From: Microcoleaceae cyanobacterium
GTDB lineage: Bacteria > Cyanobacteriota > Cyanobacteriia > Cyanobacteriales > Microcoleaceae
Assembly: GCA_051652765.1 (NCBI GenBank)
Contig: JBOFUV010000034.1
Span: 156,080 to 220,079, forward strand
Reading direction: 5' to 3'
DNA: 64,000 nucleotides
In this document: positions 49,689 to 60,505 of the stretch, in pieces
Layout of the letters: every line of letters starts with the position of its first letter
How positions within the stretch are numbered: the stretch's first letter is position 1
The notes under the pieces: generated by a model
Told to the model about the DNA's origin: nothing
Seen by the model: the letters and a program-made list of their open reading frames with translations, nothing else
Database searches by the model: none
Position numbers and translations under genes: made by a program

Positions 49689-51004
49689 TCGGATTCGATT
49701 TTGGTACCTCTGGGGCTAGGGCGATTGTAATCAATGCCCAGCATCAACTTCAGTTAGAAGTCCAACAACCCTTTGTCCTGGAAAGTACCGCAGATCAATG
49801 GCTGAGCCAATGGAAAACAGCCCTGTTTGATTTGATTGCCCAGATTCCTGCGGAGTTGCGATCGCAGACAAGGGCGATCGCGATTAATGGCACCTCAGGC
49901 ACCGTTTTACTGTGCGATTCCGAGGGTAATCCTCTAGGGTTGCCGATGCTTTACAATGACGGGCGAGGTGCGTCGGTGATGGAGCAGTTGCGTCGGATCG
50001 CTCCCCAGAATCACCCGGTTTTGAGTGCAACCTCCAGCTTGGCTAAAGTGCTGTGGTGGCAACAACAGTGGAATTCAAATTCAGGCGGTTTGGCGGCAAC
50101 CCGCTCTAACACTTTGATCTATCTGCTGCATCAGGCAGATTGGTTGGGATTTTTACTCCATGGTAAAGTTGGGGTCACTGACTATCACAATGCCCTAAAA
50201 CTGGGCTACGATGTCGTCAATCTCCGTTACCCCCATTGGTTGGTTCAGGGGATTCACCGTTCATCTCCGGCATTTGTTCCTCAATTGCCCCAGGTGCTTG
50301 CTCCGGGTACTCCCGTAGGTTTAGTAACGTCAGATATTGCTAATCGGTTTCAATTCCCTCAGACTTGCCAAGTGTGTGCAGGCACAACGGATAGTATCGC
50401 GGCATTTCTAGCCAGTGGCGCGACGACTCCAGGAGATGCCGTTACCTCCTTGGGATCAACGTTGGTGATCAAGCTCCTGAGTCGGACTCCGGTGAATAGT
50501 GCTGAATATGGGATTTACAGCCATCGCCTAGGGAATTTATGGTTGACTGGGGGCGCGTCAAATACTGGGGGCGCAGTGTTGCGACAGTTTTTTACTGATG
50601 CGGAGTTAAGCAATCTGAGCCAGGAGATAAATCCCCGCCAGTCCACTGGGCTGGATTACTACCCGTTATTGCAACCCGGTGATCGCTTTCCGATCAATGA
50701 TCCCAATTTGCCCCCTCGGATGGAACCCCGGCCTGAGAGTTCGGCCAAGTTTTTACAGGGCTTGTTAGAAGGTATGGCTCGGATTGAGGCCCAGGGCTAT
50801 CAACGGTTGCAGGAGCTGGGGGCAACTCCTCTGACTCGGGTTTATACGGCTGGCGGTGGGGCAAAAAATTTAGCTTGGACAACAATTCGGGCGCATCACC
50901 TCAAGGTTCCTCTGTTAAATCCTGTACAGACCCAGGCCGCTTATGGAACAGCAGTCTTGGCTCAGAATGGCATAGAGAGTATTACAACTATTGACAACCA
51001 TTAA
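49676..51004 (+). CDS. FGGY-family carbohydrate kinase (D-ribulose kinase-like)
   Basis: GFDFGTSGAR, GTTDSIAAF, TSLGSTL, GGASNTGG, TAGGGAKN. Confidence 0.9.
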   Translation: MNFCIGFDFGTSGARAIVINAQHQLQLEVQQPFVLESTADQWLSQWKTALFDLIAQIPAELRSQTRAIAINGTSGTVLLCDSEGNPLGLPMLYNDGRGASVMEQLRRIAPQNHPVLSATSSLAKVLWWQQQWNSNSGGLAATRSNTLIYLLHQADWLGFLLHGKVGVTDYHNALKLGYDVVNLRYPHWLVQGIHRSSPAFVPQLPQVLAPGTPVGLVTSDIANRFQFPQTCQVCAGTTDSIAAFLASGATTPGDAVTSLGSTLVIKLLSRTPVNSAEYGIYSHRLGNLWLTGGASNTGGAVLRQFFTDAELSNLSQEINPRQSTGLDYYPLLQPGDRFPINDPNLPPRMEPRPESSAKFLQGLLEGMARIEAQGYQRLQELGATPLTRVYTAGGGAKNLAWTTIRAHHLKVPLLNPVQTQAAYGTAVLAQNGIESITTIDNH

Positions 51005-51107
51005 GGTTAAGCATTAAGGTTGCCCAACTCGCAAGCTTAGCAAAGTTTAGCAAAGTCCTGAGTCCTAATAACGTACGCTTAAAGTCTAATGTGTGCAGAG
51101 GCAAGTC

Positions 51108-52202
51108 ATGGGAGAACACAAACGCATTGGCATTCTCACAAGTGGAGGAGACTGTGCTGGACTCAATGCGGTGATTCGAGCCGCCGTCTATCGAGCTGTT
51201 GGTACCTACGGTTGGGAGGTGCTAGGGATTCGTCAAGCAACCGTTGGACTGATGCAGCGTCCTCCTGAGGCTATCAATCTGACCCAGGAGAAAGTGAGTT
51301 CAATCCTAACGGTTGGCGGTACGATTTTGGGGACAACCAACAAGGGCGACCCCTTCGCATTTCCCATGCCGGAGGGAGGAACCCGCGATCGCTCCGAGGA
51401 AATCATTGAAGGATACCGTTTTCTGGGGCTAGATGCCTTGATTGGGATCGGGGGAGACGGAAGTCTTGCAATTTTGCGACGATTGGCTCAACAAGGCAAC
51501 CTCAACTTAGTCGGAATTCCGAAAACTATTGACAATGACGTTGGCAGTACAGAGCTTTCGATTGGATTTCACAGTGCTGCAACGGTTGCTACAGAAGCGA
51601 TTGATCGGCTGCATTTTACGGCTGCGAGTCATAACCGCGTGATGATTGTTGAGGTGATGGGACGGGATGCTGGACATATTGCCCTTCGGGCTGGAGTCGC
51701 CGGGGGAGCAGATGTGATTCTGATCCCGGAAATTCCCTATAGCCTCAATACAATCTGTCGGCATATCATTGATCGCCAGAAACATGGTAAAAACTATGCC
51801 ATCGTTGTTGTGGCTGAGGCAGTGAAGACCGAACAGGGAGAACCTGTGAGCAACACTAATACCCTGGGTCAAACTCGTTTGGGTGGAGTGGGCCAGTATT
51901 TGGCGGATCGGATTTCCGTCTCTACTGGAGCAGAAACTCGAGTCACTGTCTTGGGTCATGTTCAACGGGGCGGCACACCTACGGTCACGGATCGGGTGAT
52001 TGGTTCAGCCTTTGGAGTTGCCGCAATTGATCTGATCGCCGAAGAAAAGTTCGACCGCATGGTCACTTGGCAGAATCGAGAAGTGAGTAGTGTGCCGATT
52101 GCTGAGGCGATCGCTCACTATCAGGCGGTTGATCCGAATGAAATCATGGTCAAAACCGCTCGCAGCTTGGGAATCTGTTTGGGAGATGAAGTTAGCTACT
52201 AA
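51108..52202 (+). CDS. pfkA: 6-phosphofructokinase
   Basis: TSGGDCAGLNA, GGDGS, PKTIDND, EVMGRDAG, LGHVQRGG. Confidence 0.94.
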   Translation: MGEHKRIGILTSGGDCAGLNAVIRAAVYRAVGTYGWEVLGIRQATVGLMQRPPEAINLTQEKVSSILTVGGTILGTTNKGDPFAFPMPEGGTRDRSEEIIEGYRFLGLDALIGIGGDGSLAILRRLAQQGNLNLVGIPKTIDNDVGSTELSIGFHSAATVATEAIDRLHFTAASHNRVMIVEVMGRDAGHIALRAGVAGGADVILIPEIPYSLNTICRHIIDRQKHGKNYAIVVVAEAVKTEQGEPVSNTNTLGQTRLGGVGQYLADRISVSTGAETRVTVLGHVQRGGTPTVTDRVIGSAFGVAAIDLIAEEKFDRMVTWQNREVSSVPIAEAIAHYQAVDPNEIMVKTARSLGICLGDEVSY

Positions 52203-52282
52203 GCGGCTACAATCTAGGCGTTGCTTAAGTGTTATCTAAGTACTCTCTAAATAGTGCCTAGATTGCGCCAGACTTGACTTGG

Positions 52283-53446
52283 CTATTTGCCCATCCCAAG
52301 CTGTTGGGCTTTTTGATAAACTTTGCCTTCGGTGAGTAAAGAGGGTGCAATGACTACTTCAACCTGCTGCATTTCCTTAATGGTTTTTGCCCCCAAGGTT
52401 CCCATACTTGTCCGAAGAGCGCCTAACAAATTATGCGTTCCATCATCAAGCAGGGCAGGGCCACGCAGAATTTGCTCCAGGGTTCCGGTTGATCCCACGC
52501 GAATTCGGGTTCCTCTAGGTAGGACTGGGCTAGGAGTTGCCATGCCCCAGTGAAATCCCCGTCCGGGAGCCTCTTGAGCGCGGGCAATGGGAGAACCAAT
52601 CATCACCCCATCGGCACCACAAGCAATACACTTGCAGATATCTCCTCCCGTAATCAGACCGCCATCTGCAATCACAGGTACATAACGACCCGTCTCGCGG
52701 TAGTAATCCTCTCGGGCTGCGGCACAGTCAGCCACGGCAGTAGCTTGAGGAATACCAACGCCTAAAACCCCACGGGACGTACAAGCAGCCCCCGGCCCAA
52801 TCCCAACGAGAACTCCCGCAGCGCCTGCCTTCATCAAGTTCAGGGTCACCTCGTAGGTCACACAGTTTCCCAAAATTACTGGGATGGACATTTCTTGGCA
52901 GAACTGGGCTAGATCCAGAGGGTTTACAGATTGGGGAGAAAGAAACGCGGTAGACACAACCGTTGCTTGGACAAAGAATAAGTCTGCTCCCGCTTCCGCC
53001 GCCACTGAACCATATTTCATCGCTCCGACTGGGGTCGCACTCACAGCAGCAATCCCGCCTTGAGCCTTGATCTCCTGAATTCGCTGCTTGATCAGGTCAG
53101 GCTGAACGGGTTCTGCATAGAGTTTTTGCATCAAGGCCACAAACTCTGTTTTGCCGACGGCAGCAATTTGATCCAGGATGGGAGTGGAATCGGCATAACG
53201 GGTTTGAATGCCCTCTAGATTGAGAACCCCCATTGCTCCAAGCTGTGTGAGGAGAACAGCCATGTGGGTATCAACAACGCCATCCATGGCACTGGCAATA
53301 ATCGGAATTTCTCGATGGATGCCCCCCAGTGTCCAACTGGTATCTGCTAGACTAGGGTCAAGGGTGTGAGGCCCAGGAACCAATGCAATTTCGTCAATGC
53401 CGTAAGCTCTACGAGCTGTTTTGCCCCGTCCAATAATAATATCCAC
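52283..53446 (-). CDS. guaB: IMP dehydrogenase (GuaB3 family)
   Basis: ASAMDGVVD, VGIGPGAACTSR, IADGG, HWGMAT. Confidence 0.92.
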   Translation of the reverse strand: MDIIIGRGKTARRAYGIDEIALVPGPHTLDPSLADTSWTLGGIHREIPIIASAMDGVVDTHMAVLLTQLGAMGVLNLEGIQTRYADSTPILDQIAAVGKTEFVALMQKLYAEPVQPDLIKQRIQEIKAQGGIAAVSATPVGAMKYGSVAAEAGADLFFVQATVVSTAFLSPQSVNPLDLAQFCQEMSIPVILGNCVTYEVTLNLMKAGAAGVLVGIGPGAACTSRGVLGVGIPQATAVADCAAAREDYYRETGRYVPVIADGGLITGGDICKCIACGADGVMIGSPIARAQEAPGRGFHWGMATPSPVLPRGTRIRVGSTGTLEQILRGPALLDDGTHNLLGALRTSMGTLGAKTIKEMQQVEVVIAPSLLTEGKVYQKAQQLGMGK

Positions 53447-53579
53447 TTTAACGATTCCCAGAACGATATCTTGGCTAATAATCCTCTCGTCTGCATTAAC
53501 CCTATGGGCTAGGTTTAATGATTGCGTGACACTTGAGGAGTCAAAAGAAACATTTCTTTATCTTAACTTTTTTAGAGAC

Positions 53580-53621
53580 TACCCCTGAATCCTCACTTCA
53601 CTTTTGATTGAGTCAGGGGTA
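53580..53621. terminator. Hairpin downstream of the SH3 gene
   Basis: TACCCCTGA...TCAGGGGTA 9-bp stem with long loop; no clear U-tail. Confidence 0.4.
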
Positions 53622-53659
53622 AACAAGCTCGATTGGTCTAAATCCTCGCGATCGCTCTC

Positions 53660-54106
53660 CTATTGAGATATCCGCTCAGTGTTGCCCCCTTTGACCCATC
53701 CGACGCGGTTGATGTCCTCCTCGACCTGAACGCGTTGCCAAGCTTTATCTACACTTTCTTCCAGAACGATGACGGCTTCTTCATAGGCAATTCCCCCAAT
53801 TCGATTGGATTCAAAACTAGGTTGATCCCTCAGAATCAAACCAATGGGCTGCACTACGACGGCTCGATAACTGCCCTTGGGCAGGGTGGCTGTCGGCTTA
53901 GGGCTAGGGGCAAGTTTCGAGGCGGGAATTGCTTTTTTGGGACTAGCTTTTGCAGTGGTTGTTTGCTCATTCGGAAAGGTGGGTCGTTCAGGAAGCTCTG
54001 TTAATCGAGCTGCAAAGTAGAGAGCTGCAGCAACACTTGCCCCCGCCAAAATCAGTAGGGCTAGAACAAAGCCAACGATGAATTTGAAAATACCGTACAC
54101 ACTCAT
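53660..54106 (-). CDS. Membrane-anchored bacterial SH3-domain protein
   Basis: N-terminal TM; GLILRDQPS..W.RV....GWVKGGN. Confidence 0.82.
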   Translation of the reverse strand: MSVYGIFKFIVGFVLALLILAGASVAAALYFAARLTELPERPTFPNEQTTTAKASPKKAIPASKLAPSPKPTATLPKGSYRAVVVQPIGLILRDQPSFESNRIGGIAYEEAVIVLEESVDKAWQRVQVEEDINRVGWVKGGNTERISQ

Positions 54107-54749
54107 AAATTCATCAATCGTCTAACAACAGTTTCCTAGAAGACAGTTTCCTGAGAGACAGCTTCCTGTAGCAACCCCAGATGATTTGTAAAATATTGAG
54201 AATTGCGATAGAACAATCCCCTGAAATAGCTGCCTGAACTATAACAGTAAACTAAGTTTGTCCCTCTAGTACCCTTCACATTGATTAATTTTTCTGTTGA
54301 AGGTTAGCTGCATTCACAGTTGGAAGTCCCCTATTCTTGCAGAGGCGACTTGCATCAGGACAACCCATACAAGTTTATGGTGGTGGATGACGACCCAGTC
54401 ATTCCTCTTGAATGGGAAGAGCATTGTAGGTGGAGTAGTATATGTAAGCAGCTCAAAAAAATGCTTATCTACAGGGCTTTTTAGAGTTTTTAGATACAAA
54501 TATAAAACAAACATAAAACAGTGCTTTGTTAGGAATCTGACGAGGATAAGTCTTGCCAAAGCAGTAAACACGCACCAGATGCTTAACGAGATGATGGCCG
54601 GACGCTTGCAAGTGATCAGTCGGATTCGGCATCTGCCATGCTTGATATTTAATTTAAGTCAAGGTTAAGTAACAAAAGTTTGCAAAATTGTAAAATTTTC
54701 GTTACATTCTAAGGGAATTCAAAATAATTACTGTATCTGAGGTAGACCA

Positions 54750-55121
54750 ATGGCAATTTTTAACTTGATTCCTGTTCCTGAACCGATGCAAGCCAAGTCC
54801 CGCGCTGTTGATTTAAAAACCCGTTTGGATTGGGGCGAACCCGCTCTGACTATTATTGATGTGCGAGATATGAAAGCATTTAATGCTTGTCATATTCAGG
54901 GTGCAATCTCTTTGCCCCTAGAGACTCTGGTTCAGCGGGTTATGCTCACCCTGGAAATAAGCCGTGATATTTACCTCTATGGTGAAACGATCGAGGAATC
55001 TGAGGACGCGGCAGCAACATTGCGGGGAGCAGGATACATTAACGTCTCTACGTTAATTGGTGGTTTGGAAGGTTGGAAAGCGTTAGGTTACCCAATCGAA
55101 GCAATCAGTGCAGTTGTTTAG
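54750..55121 (+). CDS. Rhodanese-like domain protein
   Basis: LKTRLDWGEPALTIIDVR, HIQGA, L.GGLEGWK; RBS GAGG. Confidence 0.88.
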   Translation: MAIFNLIPVPEPMQAKSRAVDLKTRLDWGEPALTIIDVRDMKAFNACHIQGAISLPLETLVQRVMLTLEISRDIYLYGETIEESEDAAATLRGAGYINVSTLIGGLEGWKALGYPIEAISAVV

Positions 55122-55282
55122 AGTTCTGTTTAATTTTGACACTGACTCTGACAACTCTTGTACATAGCGTTTTTAAGCACTGCACTTTTTATGGATGAAT
55201 GCTATGGATGATGTAGTTTTCTGGGTTGTGCAGCACATCCACTTCATGGGTTTCCAGCTTGGATAGCTGTTAATCTACATTC

Positions 55283-55311
55283 AAGTTTCGCAGGCTAAGC
55301 CTGCGAAACTT
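55283..55311. terminator. Perfect 13-bp hairpin, probable bidirectional terminator
   Basis: AAGTTTCGCAGGC-TAA-GCCTGCGAAACTT between convergent genes. Confidence 0.65.
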
Positions 55312-55542
55312 AAGATTTGGCGCTTGAAACTGTCGCTTAAATGCATATCAGTTTGACATTGAGTTATGAACCAGTTAATAGATGGCAGAATAGCCGAGCT
55401 TCAAATGTCAAGAAAGAAAGCGATCGCCCGTGGATCATCTGGAACCTGGTACGACTCCCAAATCAAAATTCTTCATTCACTCAAGATTAAAGAGCGATCG
55501 CTGCAGCAGAACTCTTGCTAGATTCGCTATATTATCGTGTTC

Positions 55543-56694
55543 TCAGGGGACAAATTCTGTTACAACCTGACCCCCTGATTGCCCGCGACTGACGACAACG
55601 GTTTCATTCTTGAGTTCTCCCGTGGCCTGCTCTCCAGTTAGGGTAAATGCGGGATCAAGTTGACGATAAATCACATTTCCGGCGGCTTGAAACTGCTGTT
55701 TGGTTACAAACCATGTCAGTTGATCGGCATTAAGCTGTGCCTGACGCTTTTCACCGATGCTGACAACATTGCCTTGGAGATTAAACGTTGGTTCCTTCAA
55801 ATTCCCTTGGGCTCGATCCGCTGTTAAAGTCACTTTCTCCCCTCGATGAATAATCGTCGTGGGCTTGGGAGAATCCAGAGTCCGTTGCTCAAAGTTCCAG
55901 TTAATCTCATCACTGCCAATTTGTAGCGGGGGGTCTGACATAGCAATCTGAGCTTGTTTTCGTAAGGTCGCTATTTTAGTTTTCAGGTTCAGTTCAGCGG
56001 TCTCTGCCACCCCCCGATCCATCACGGTTTGATTTTTGTAATGATCGAGGTTGGTTTTGCGATCGCTGATCATTTTTTCTTGATCCCAGTACCAAATCAC
56101 ATGATCACTTCGCAGTTGCACGACCGGATCTTTGGACGTGACAACCACCTGATTCCAGAATTCAACCCGTTTATCCCGAGTAAACGCTTGAGCTTCTGAT
56201 GCGATCGCCTGAGCTTGGCGATGATCTCCCTTCACCCCATTCCGCACCACCAAAATTTCCTGATCAACAATCCATTCTAGTTCTTTCCCTTTGAGGACAA
56301 TACCGTTGCGGACATCTGTAGCAACAATCTGATCTTTTAAAAAAATCCGCTTACTATCCTGTTGGATTTCTCCAGATTCAGCTTGCATTTTGTAAATCAG
56401 CTTCCCATCTTGGAACATCTCTCCTTGGGGCTTAATCACCCTAGCAACTTTTTGATCAGGGCTATAGCGAACCTGTTTTGAGGTGATTTTCCAGAGCAAC
56501 TTCCCTTTCTCATTGGCTTGTTCCAACGTTACTTCATCCAGGGTCAGATCACTGCTAAACTCTTCAGACTCGAGCGCGCTGCTGTTAGTGGGTTGGGGTT
56601 CAGGAGGAGGATTGGGTTGACGGCATCCAACCAGCATTCCGACAACCAGACTGGCTAAGATCATTGGCCGCAAACTAGAATATTGCCTGTTCAT
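55543..56694 (-). CDS. lptC: LPS export periplasmic protein LptC (extended beta-jellyroll lipoprotein)
   Basis: Lipobox LVGC; TLEQ...G.LLW; repeated beta-taco segments; metG-NYN-lptC order. Confidence 0.78.
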   Translation of the reverse strand: MNRQYSSLRPMILASLVVGMLVGCRQPNPPPEPQPTNSSALESEEFSSDLTLDEVTLEQANEKGKLLWKITSKQVRYSPDQKVARVIKPQGEMFQDGKLIYKMQAESGEIQQDSKRIFLKDQIVATDVRNGIVLKGKELEWIVDQEILVVRNGVKGDHRQAQAIASEAQAFTRDKRVEFWNQVVVTSKDPVVQLRSDHVIWYWDQEKMISDRKTNLDHYKNQTVMDRGVAETAELNLKTKIATLRKQAQIAMSDPPLQIGSDEINWNFEQRTLDSPKPTTIIHRGEKVTLTADRAQGNLKEPTFNLQGNVVSIGEKRQAQLNADQLTWFVTKQQFQAAGNVIYRQLDPAFTLTGEQATGELKNETVVVSRGQSGGQVVTEFVP

Positions 56695-56720
56695 CCCATC
56701 TCCAATTTAACGCTTCATGC

Positions 56721-57341
56721 TCAAGGCCCTTCAACCTGGCCGTCCATCAGGCTAATCCCAGTGAGAGGACGGTAAGTATATCCTGAACCGCGAGGCAGTT
56801 TCTGAATATCCTCCTTGATCATTTCTAGGTCAATATAGCGATCAGCAACATTAATCAGACTGTCACTGGTCATGGAACGTAGGCTCACAACCTCGACGCG
56901 CACTCCTCGATAGCTGACGCAGTCCACCGCATAGGCCAAATCTCCATCTCCACTCACTAACACTGCTGTGTCATAGGAACCCACCAAGGCAAGCATATCT
57001 ACCGCAATTTCAACATCTAGATTTGCTTTCTTGGAGCCGTCGGGGAGTTGCACCAAGTCTTTAGAGATTACACGATATCCATTGCGTCGCATCCACAATA
57101 AAAACCCTTGCTGCTTTTCATTGGTTCGATCAACTCCAGTATAAAAGAACGAACGTAGCAACCTTGATCCGGCTGTTAAACGGCACAGGAGCTTAGTGTA
57201 GTCAATTTCGATGCCAAGTTGGAGGGCTGCGTAGAAGAGATTAGACCCATCAATAAAGATCGCAACTCGCCCTCGATTTTCTAAAACCTGTTCTGGCGTA
57301 AATACCTCGCCATTCTTAACTGCATTCAACATACTATTCAT
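56721..57341 (-). CDS. NYN-domain (LabA/DUF88 family) protein
   Basis: IFIDGSNLFY, KANLDVEIAVDM, LVSGDGDL. Confidence 0.9.
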   Translation of the reverse strand: MNSMLNAVKNGEVFTPEQVLENRGRVAIFIDGSNLFYAALQLGIEIDYTKLLCRLTAGSRLLRSFFYTGVDRTNEKQQGFLLWMRRNGYRVISKDLVQLPDGSKKANLDVEIAVDMLALVGSYDTAVLVSGDGDLAYAVDCVSYRGVRVEVVSLRSMTSDSLINVADRYIDLEMIKEDIQKLPRGSGYTYRPLTGISLMDGQVEGP

Positions 57342-57425
57342 GTCTCTTTCTTGTTAAAAGTTGATTAAAATTTTGAGAGTGGTAAAACAAAAACGTTAAG
57401 GAATGGTAAAAAATTAGCTAAAAAT

Positions 57426-59060
57426 TCAATCTCGATCAGCTTCAGCCATTGGAGAACCCTCTAGAGGAGCACTCTCCAACCGTTGAAAAATGGGTTGAGG
57501 ACTTTCTAAGGCTTGCCCTGGCTGTAAGATTCCCCAACAGCGATGGGTCTCGAATGGAACATCCCCCCTACAACTGGCTTCATCATTAAAATCAACAGAA
57601 TATCCAAGTTGCTGATAAATAGCACTACTAATGCTTGGAATAATCGGGGAGAGAAAATAAGCTGCCAGTCTAACAGACTCTAAAACAGAATACAGTACCT
57701 CCTTGAGTCTGTCGAGCTTTCCCTGTTTGTAGAGTGTCCAAGGAGCTTGTTCGTCAATATATTTATTGCAGGTTTGGGCAATGACCAAAACCTCAGAGCA
57801 AGCTCGATTGAATGCTAGAGAGTTGTAGGCTTGAGTCACCCTTTCTTCTAATTTAACACCTATTTTTTTCAAAGGGTTGTCTAGAGAAACCGATGCTCCG
57901 GCTAAACCACCAGGGACATATCCTTTGAAGTACTTGTGAGCCATTCCCAAAGTTCGATTGAGGAGATTCCCTAAGTCATTGGCAATATCAGCATTCAAGG
58001 TATTAATAAACCGATCTTCTCGGTAGTCTCCGTCCTGACCGAACTCAATTTCCTTGAGGAAATAATAGCGAACTGCATCTGCCCCAAATTGATTCGCCAA
58101 ATCAAAGGGGTTGAGGGTGTTTCCCTCAGTTTTCCCCATTTTTTTGCCATTTTTGGTCAAAAAGCCGTGACCGAAAACTTGACCTGAAATGGGTAAATCG
58201 GCTGACATTAACAGCGCTGGCCAGTAAACTGCATGAAACCGCAGAATATCTTTTCCAATTAGATGCAGGTTAATCGGCCACCATTCTAATACAGCATTCG
58301 CTAGAGTTGGTTCACTATCCGGATCAAGTAAAGCTGTTACATACCCTAGCAATGCATCAAACCAAACATAAAGAGTATGGCTGGGATCAACAGGAACAGG
58401 GAAACCCCAGTCGATATTGACCCGAGAAATGGAGAAATCTTGTAGTCCTTGATCTACAAAATTCAGGACTTCATTCCGCCTCATCTCCGGTTGAATAAAA
58501 TCCGGATGGTCTTGATAAAATGCTTCAAGTTGCTGTTGATAGTTGGAGAGTCGAAAAAAGTAGTTCTGTTCATCTCGCCACTCAACCTGTTTTTGGGTGT
58601 GAATAGGGCAGTATTTTTCGCCGATTAAGTCCCGTTCTTCTTTAAATTCTTCGCAAGCGACACAATACCATCCGGTCTGTTGATTGAGATAAATATCTCC
58701 TTTATCCCAAACTCGTTGAAAAAATTCCTGCACAATTGCTTCATTACGAGGGGCTGAGGTGCGGCTGAAACGATCATAGTGGATATTGAGTTTTTCCCAA
58801 AGGGCCTCATAACTGGCGACGATGCGATCGCAGTGTTCTTGAGGAGAATATCCGGCGCTATAGGCTGCCCGCTGGATTTTCAAGCCATGTTCATCCGTCC
58901 CAGTAATCAACAATACTGAATCACCCTGAAGGCGTTTAAATCGAGCCAAGGCATCGGCTGCTATTGTGGTATAGGCACTTCCCATATGAGGGACATCGTT
59001 AACATAGTAGAGCGGGGTTGTGAGGGTAAAGGTATTTTGGCTAGGATTGAATGGCTTCAT
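57426..59060 (-). CDS. metG: Methionine--tRNA ligase
   Basis: TTPLYYVND.PHMGSAY, TGTDEHG, YVWFDAL, IGKDILRFH, KMGKT. Confidence 0.96.
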   Translation of the reverse strand: MKPFNPSQNTFTLTTPLYYVNDVPHMGSAYTTIAADALARFKRLQGDSVLLITGTDEHGLKIQRAAYSAGYSPQEHCDRIVASYEALWEKLNIHYDRFSRTSAPRNEAIVQEFFQRVWDKGDIYLNQQTGWYCVACEEFKEERDLIGEKYCPIHTQKQVEWRDEQNYFFRLSNYQQQLEAFYQDHPDFIQPEMRRNEVLNFVDQGLQDFSISRVNIDWGFPVPVDPSHTLYVWFDALLGYVTALLDPDSEPTLANAVLEWWPINLHLIGKDILRFHAVYWPALLMSADLPISGQVFGHGFLTKNGKKMGKTEGNTLNPFDLANQFGADAVRYYFLKEIEFGQDGDYREDRFINTLNADIANDLGNLLNRTLGMAHKYFKGYVPGGLAGASVSLDNPLKKIGVKLEERVTQAYNSLAFNRACSEVLVIAQTCNKYIDEQAPWTLYKQGKLDRLKEVLYSVLESVRLAAYFLSPIIPSISSAIYQQLGYSVDFNDEASCRGDVPFETHRCWGILQPGQALESPQPIFQRLESAPLEGSPMAEADRD

Positions 59061-59608
59061 AAAAATTCTCACTGGGCGAAAAGATACCCTTATCGAAAGG
59101 TGCTTTTACAAAAAGGTGCTTTTGCACAATTCACCAAAGGCAGAGTAGAGAAAGGCGGGGTTCTGCTGTCCCAAAAAACAAAAGGTTTTAAAACTGAGCA
59201 AAACGCAATATCCAGCGAAACTGATACATTTCTCTCAATTTCAAAAAATCCCATACTCCACAAGCCTAAAAATTGCTAAGCCGCAAGGCTTTCAATCAGA
59301 GTGCTTCGGAAATGTAGAGGTTTTAACTGAGCTTACTGTGTTAAGACTCATTTATTATCATAGCTCAAAGGCTAGACTAGACAGTTCAGGATAACTTTAC
59401 TCTTAATGTCTGAGCAGTTATCATTCGGTTTGCTGTAACTTTGGCTGAGCCGAGTGTTACAACACTTTCTGAGTCATGATTTAAGCCAAATCAGCAGGAT
59501 TTGTTGTTCCTTGACTCGAGTTTCAGCAGTGTGTCAGTCGAGTCAATTCGACTATCGACTGGTTCAGGTTGCCAAACCATTGGCTAGGCTTGTTAAGCTA
59601 TCAGGGTA

Positions 59609-60376
59609 ATGCTGACGATTTCTGCACTAACTTTACCTCAAAGGTTTCAACTGCCTGTGTCTATGCTTTCCTCTGAAACAGTACTTTATGCTCGTTGGCT
59701 ATTGTTCCTTTGGGGAACTCAGATGTCCCTGCACCACCGGAACCTGATTCCTCAAACTGGATCGGTGTTAGTTGTCAGCAATCACCGCAGTTTTATGGAC
59801 CCGATTGTGTTAACTGCGGCAGTAGGCCGTCCAATCCGGTTTGCCTGCCATCACTACATGGGACAGGTTCCTCTCCTGCGAGAACTCGTGACAACTCTGG
59901 GGGCATTTCCTTTGGAAGACCCTCAGCATAGACCTCAAGAGTTTTTTAAGCAAGCTAATGCTCTGCTCGCAAATCGTGAAATGGTGGGTATTTTTCCAGA
60001 GGGCGCTAAACCGATGGTTAAAGTGACCCCACCCCTTGAGATTGGGAGTTTTCAGCGAGGCTTCGCCCATCTAGCCTTGCGGTCTGACTCGGAGAATTTG
60101 GCAGTTTTGCCCCTAGCAATCCATACCTCTGAGGAGGCACTGATTCAGTCTTTGGTTCCGTTAAAAGCCCTGAGTTGGTTTGATCCCTCAGAACCGCTAT
60201 TTGACCAGCCTGGATGGCATCCCGTCGTGTTTTATCGGCGAGTGAATGTGTTAGTCGGTCGCCCCTATTGGATTACCCCTCAACTGAAACAAGCCTATCA
60301 GGGGAAACAGGCCCGCGATACGGTTTATCAGCTCACGCACTACTGCGAACAGGAGATCACGAAGTTGTTACGTTAA
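59609..60376 (+). CDS. Lysophospholipid acyltransferase (PlsC-like)
   Basis: NHRSFMD (HX4D), GIFPEG; start may be 59663. Confidence 0.88.
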   Translation: MLTISALTLPQRFQLPVSMLSSETVLYARWLLFLWGTQMSLHHRNLIPQTGSVLVVSNHRSFMDPIVLTAAVGRPIRFACHHYMGQVPLLRELVTTLGAFPLEDPQHRPQEFFKQANALLANREMVGIFPEGAKPMVKVTPPLEIGSFQRGFAHLALRSDSENLAVLPLAIHTSEEALIQSLVPLKALSWFDPSEPLFDQPGWHPVVFYRRVNVLVGRPYWITPQLKQAYQGKQARDTVYQLTHYCEQEITKLLR

Positions 60377-60505
60377 GCATCTGACTGAACTGAGACCATG
60401 AGGAGGACTATCCTACCTGATCTATTTCACATCTATTTCACAAGTTTGAGGAGAGAGAAGACCGCCAACAAGAATTAATCAACAAGAATTAATCAACCAA
60501 AACCT

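Noticed and set aside
53534..53541. Yfr1 sRNA near guaB (ACTCCTCA on the minus strand)
   Set aside because: The full ACTCCTCACAC motif between two hairpins is absent, and there is no trxA neighbour
54297..54668. ORFs of 123 aa (+) and 85 aa (-) in the SH3-rhodanese spacer
   Set aside because: Non-ATG or weak starts, atypical composition and mutual overlap; likely spurious
54690..54705. NtcA box upstream of the rhodanese gene
   Set aside because: Spacing is GTA-N10-TAC, not N8
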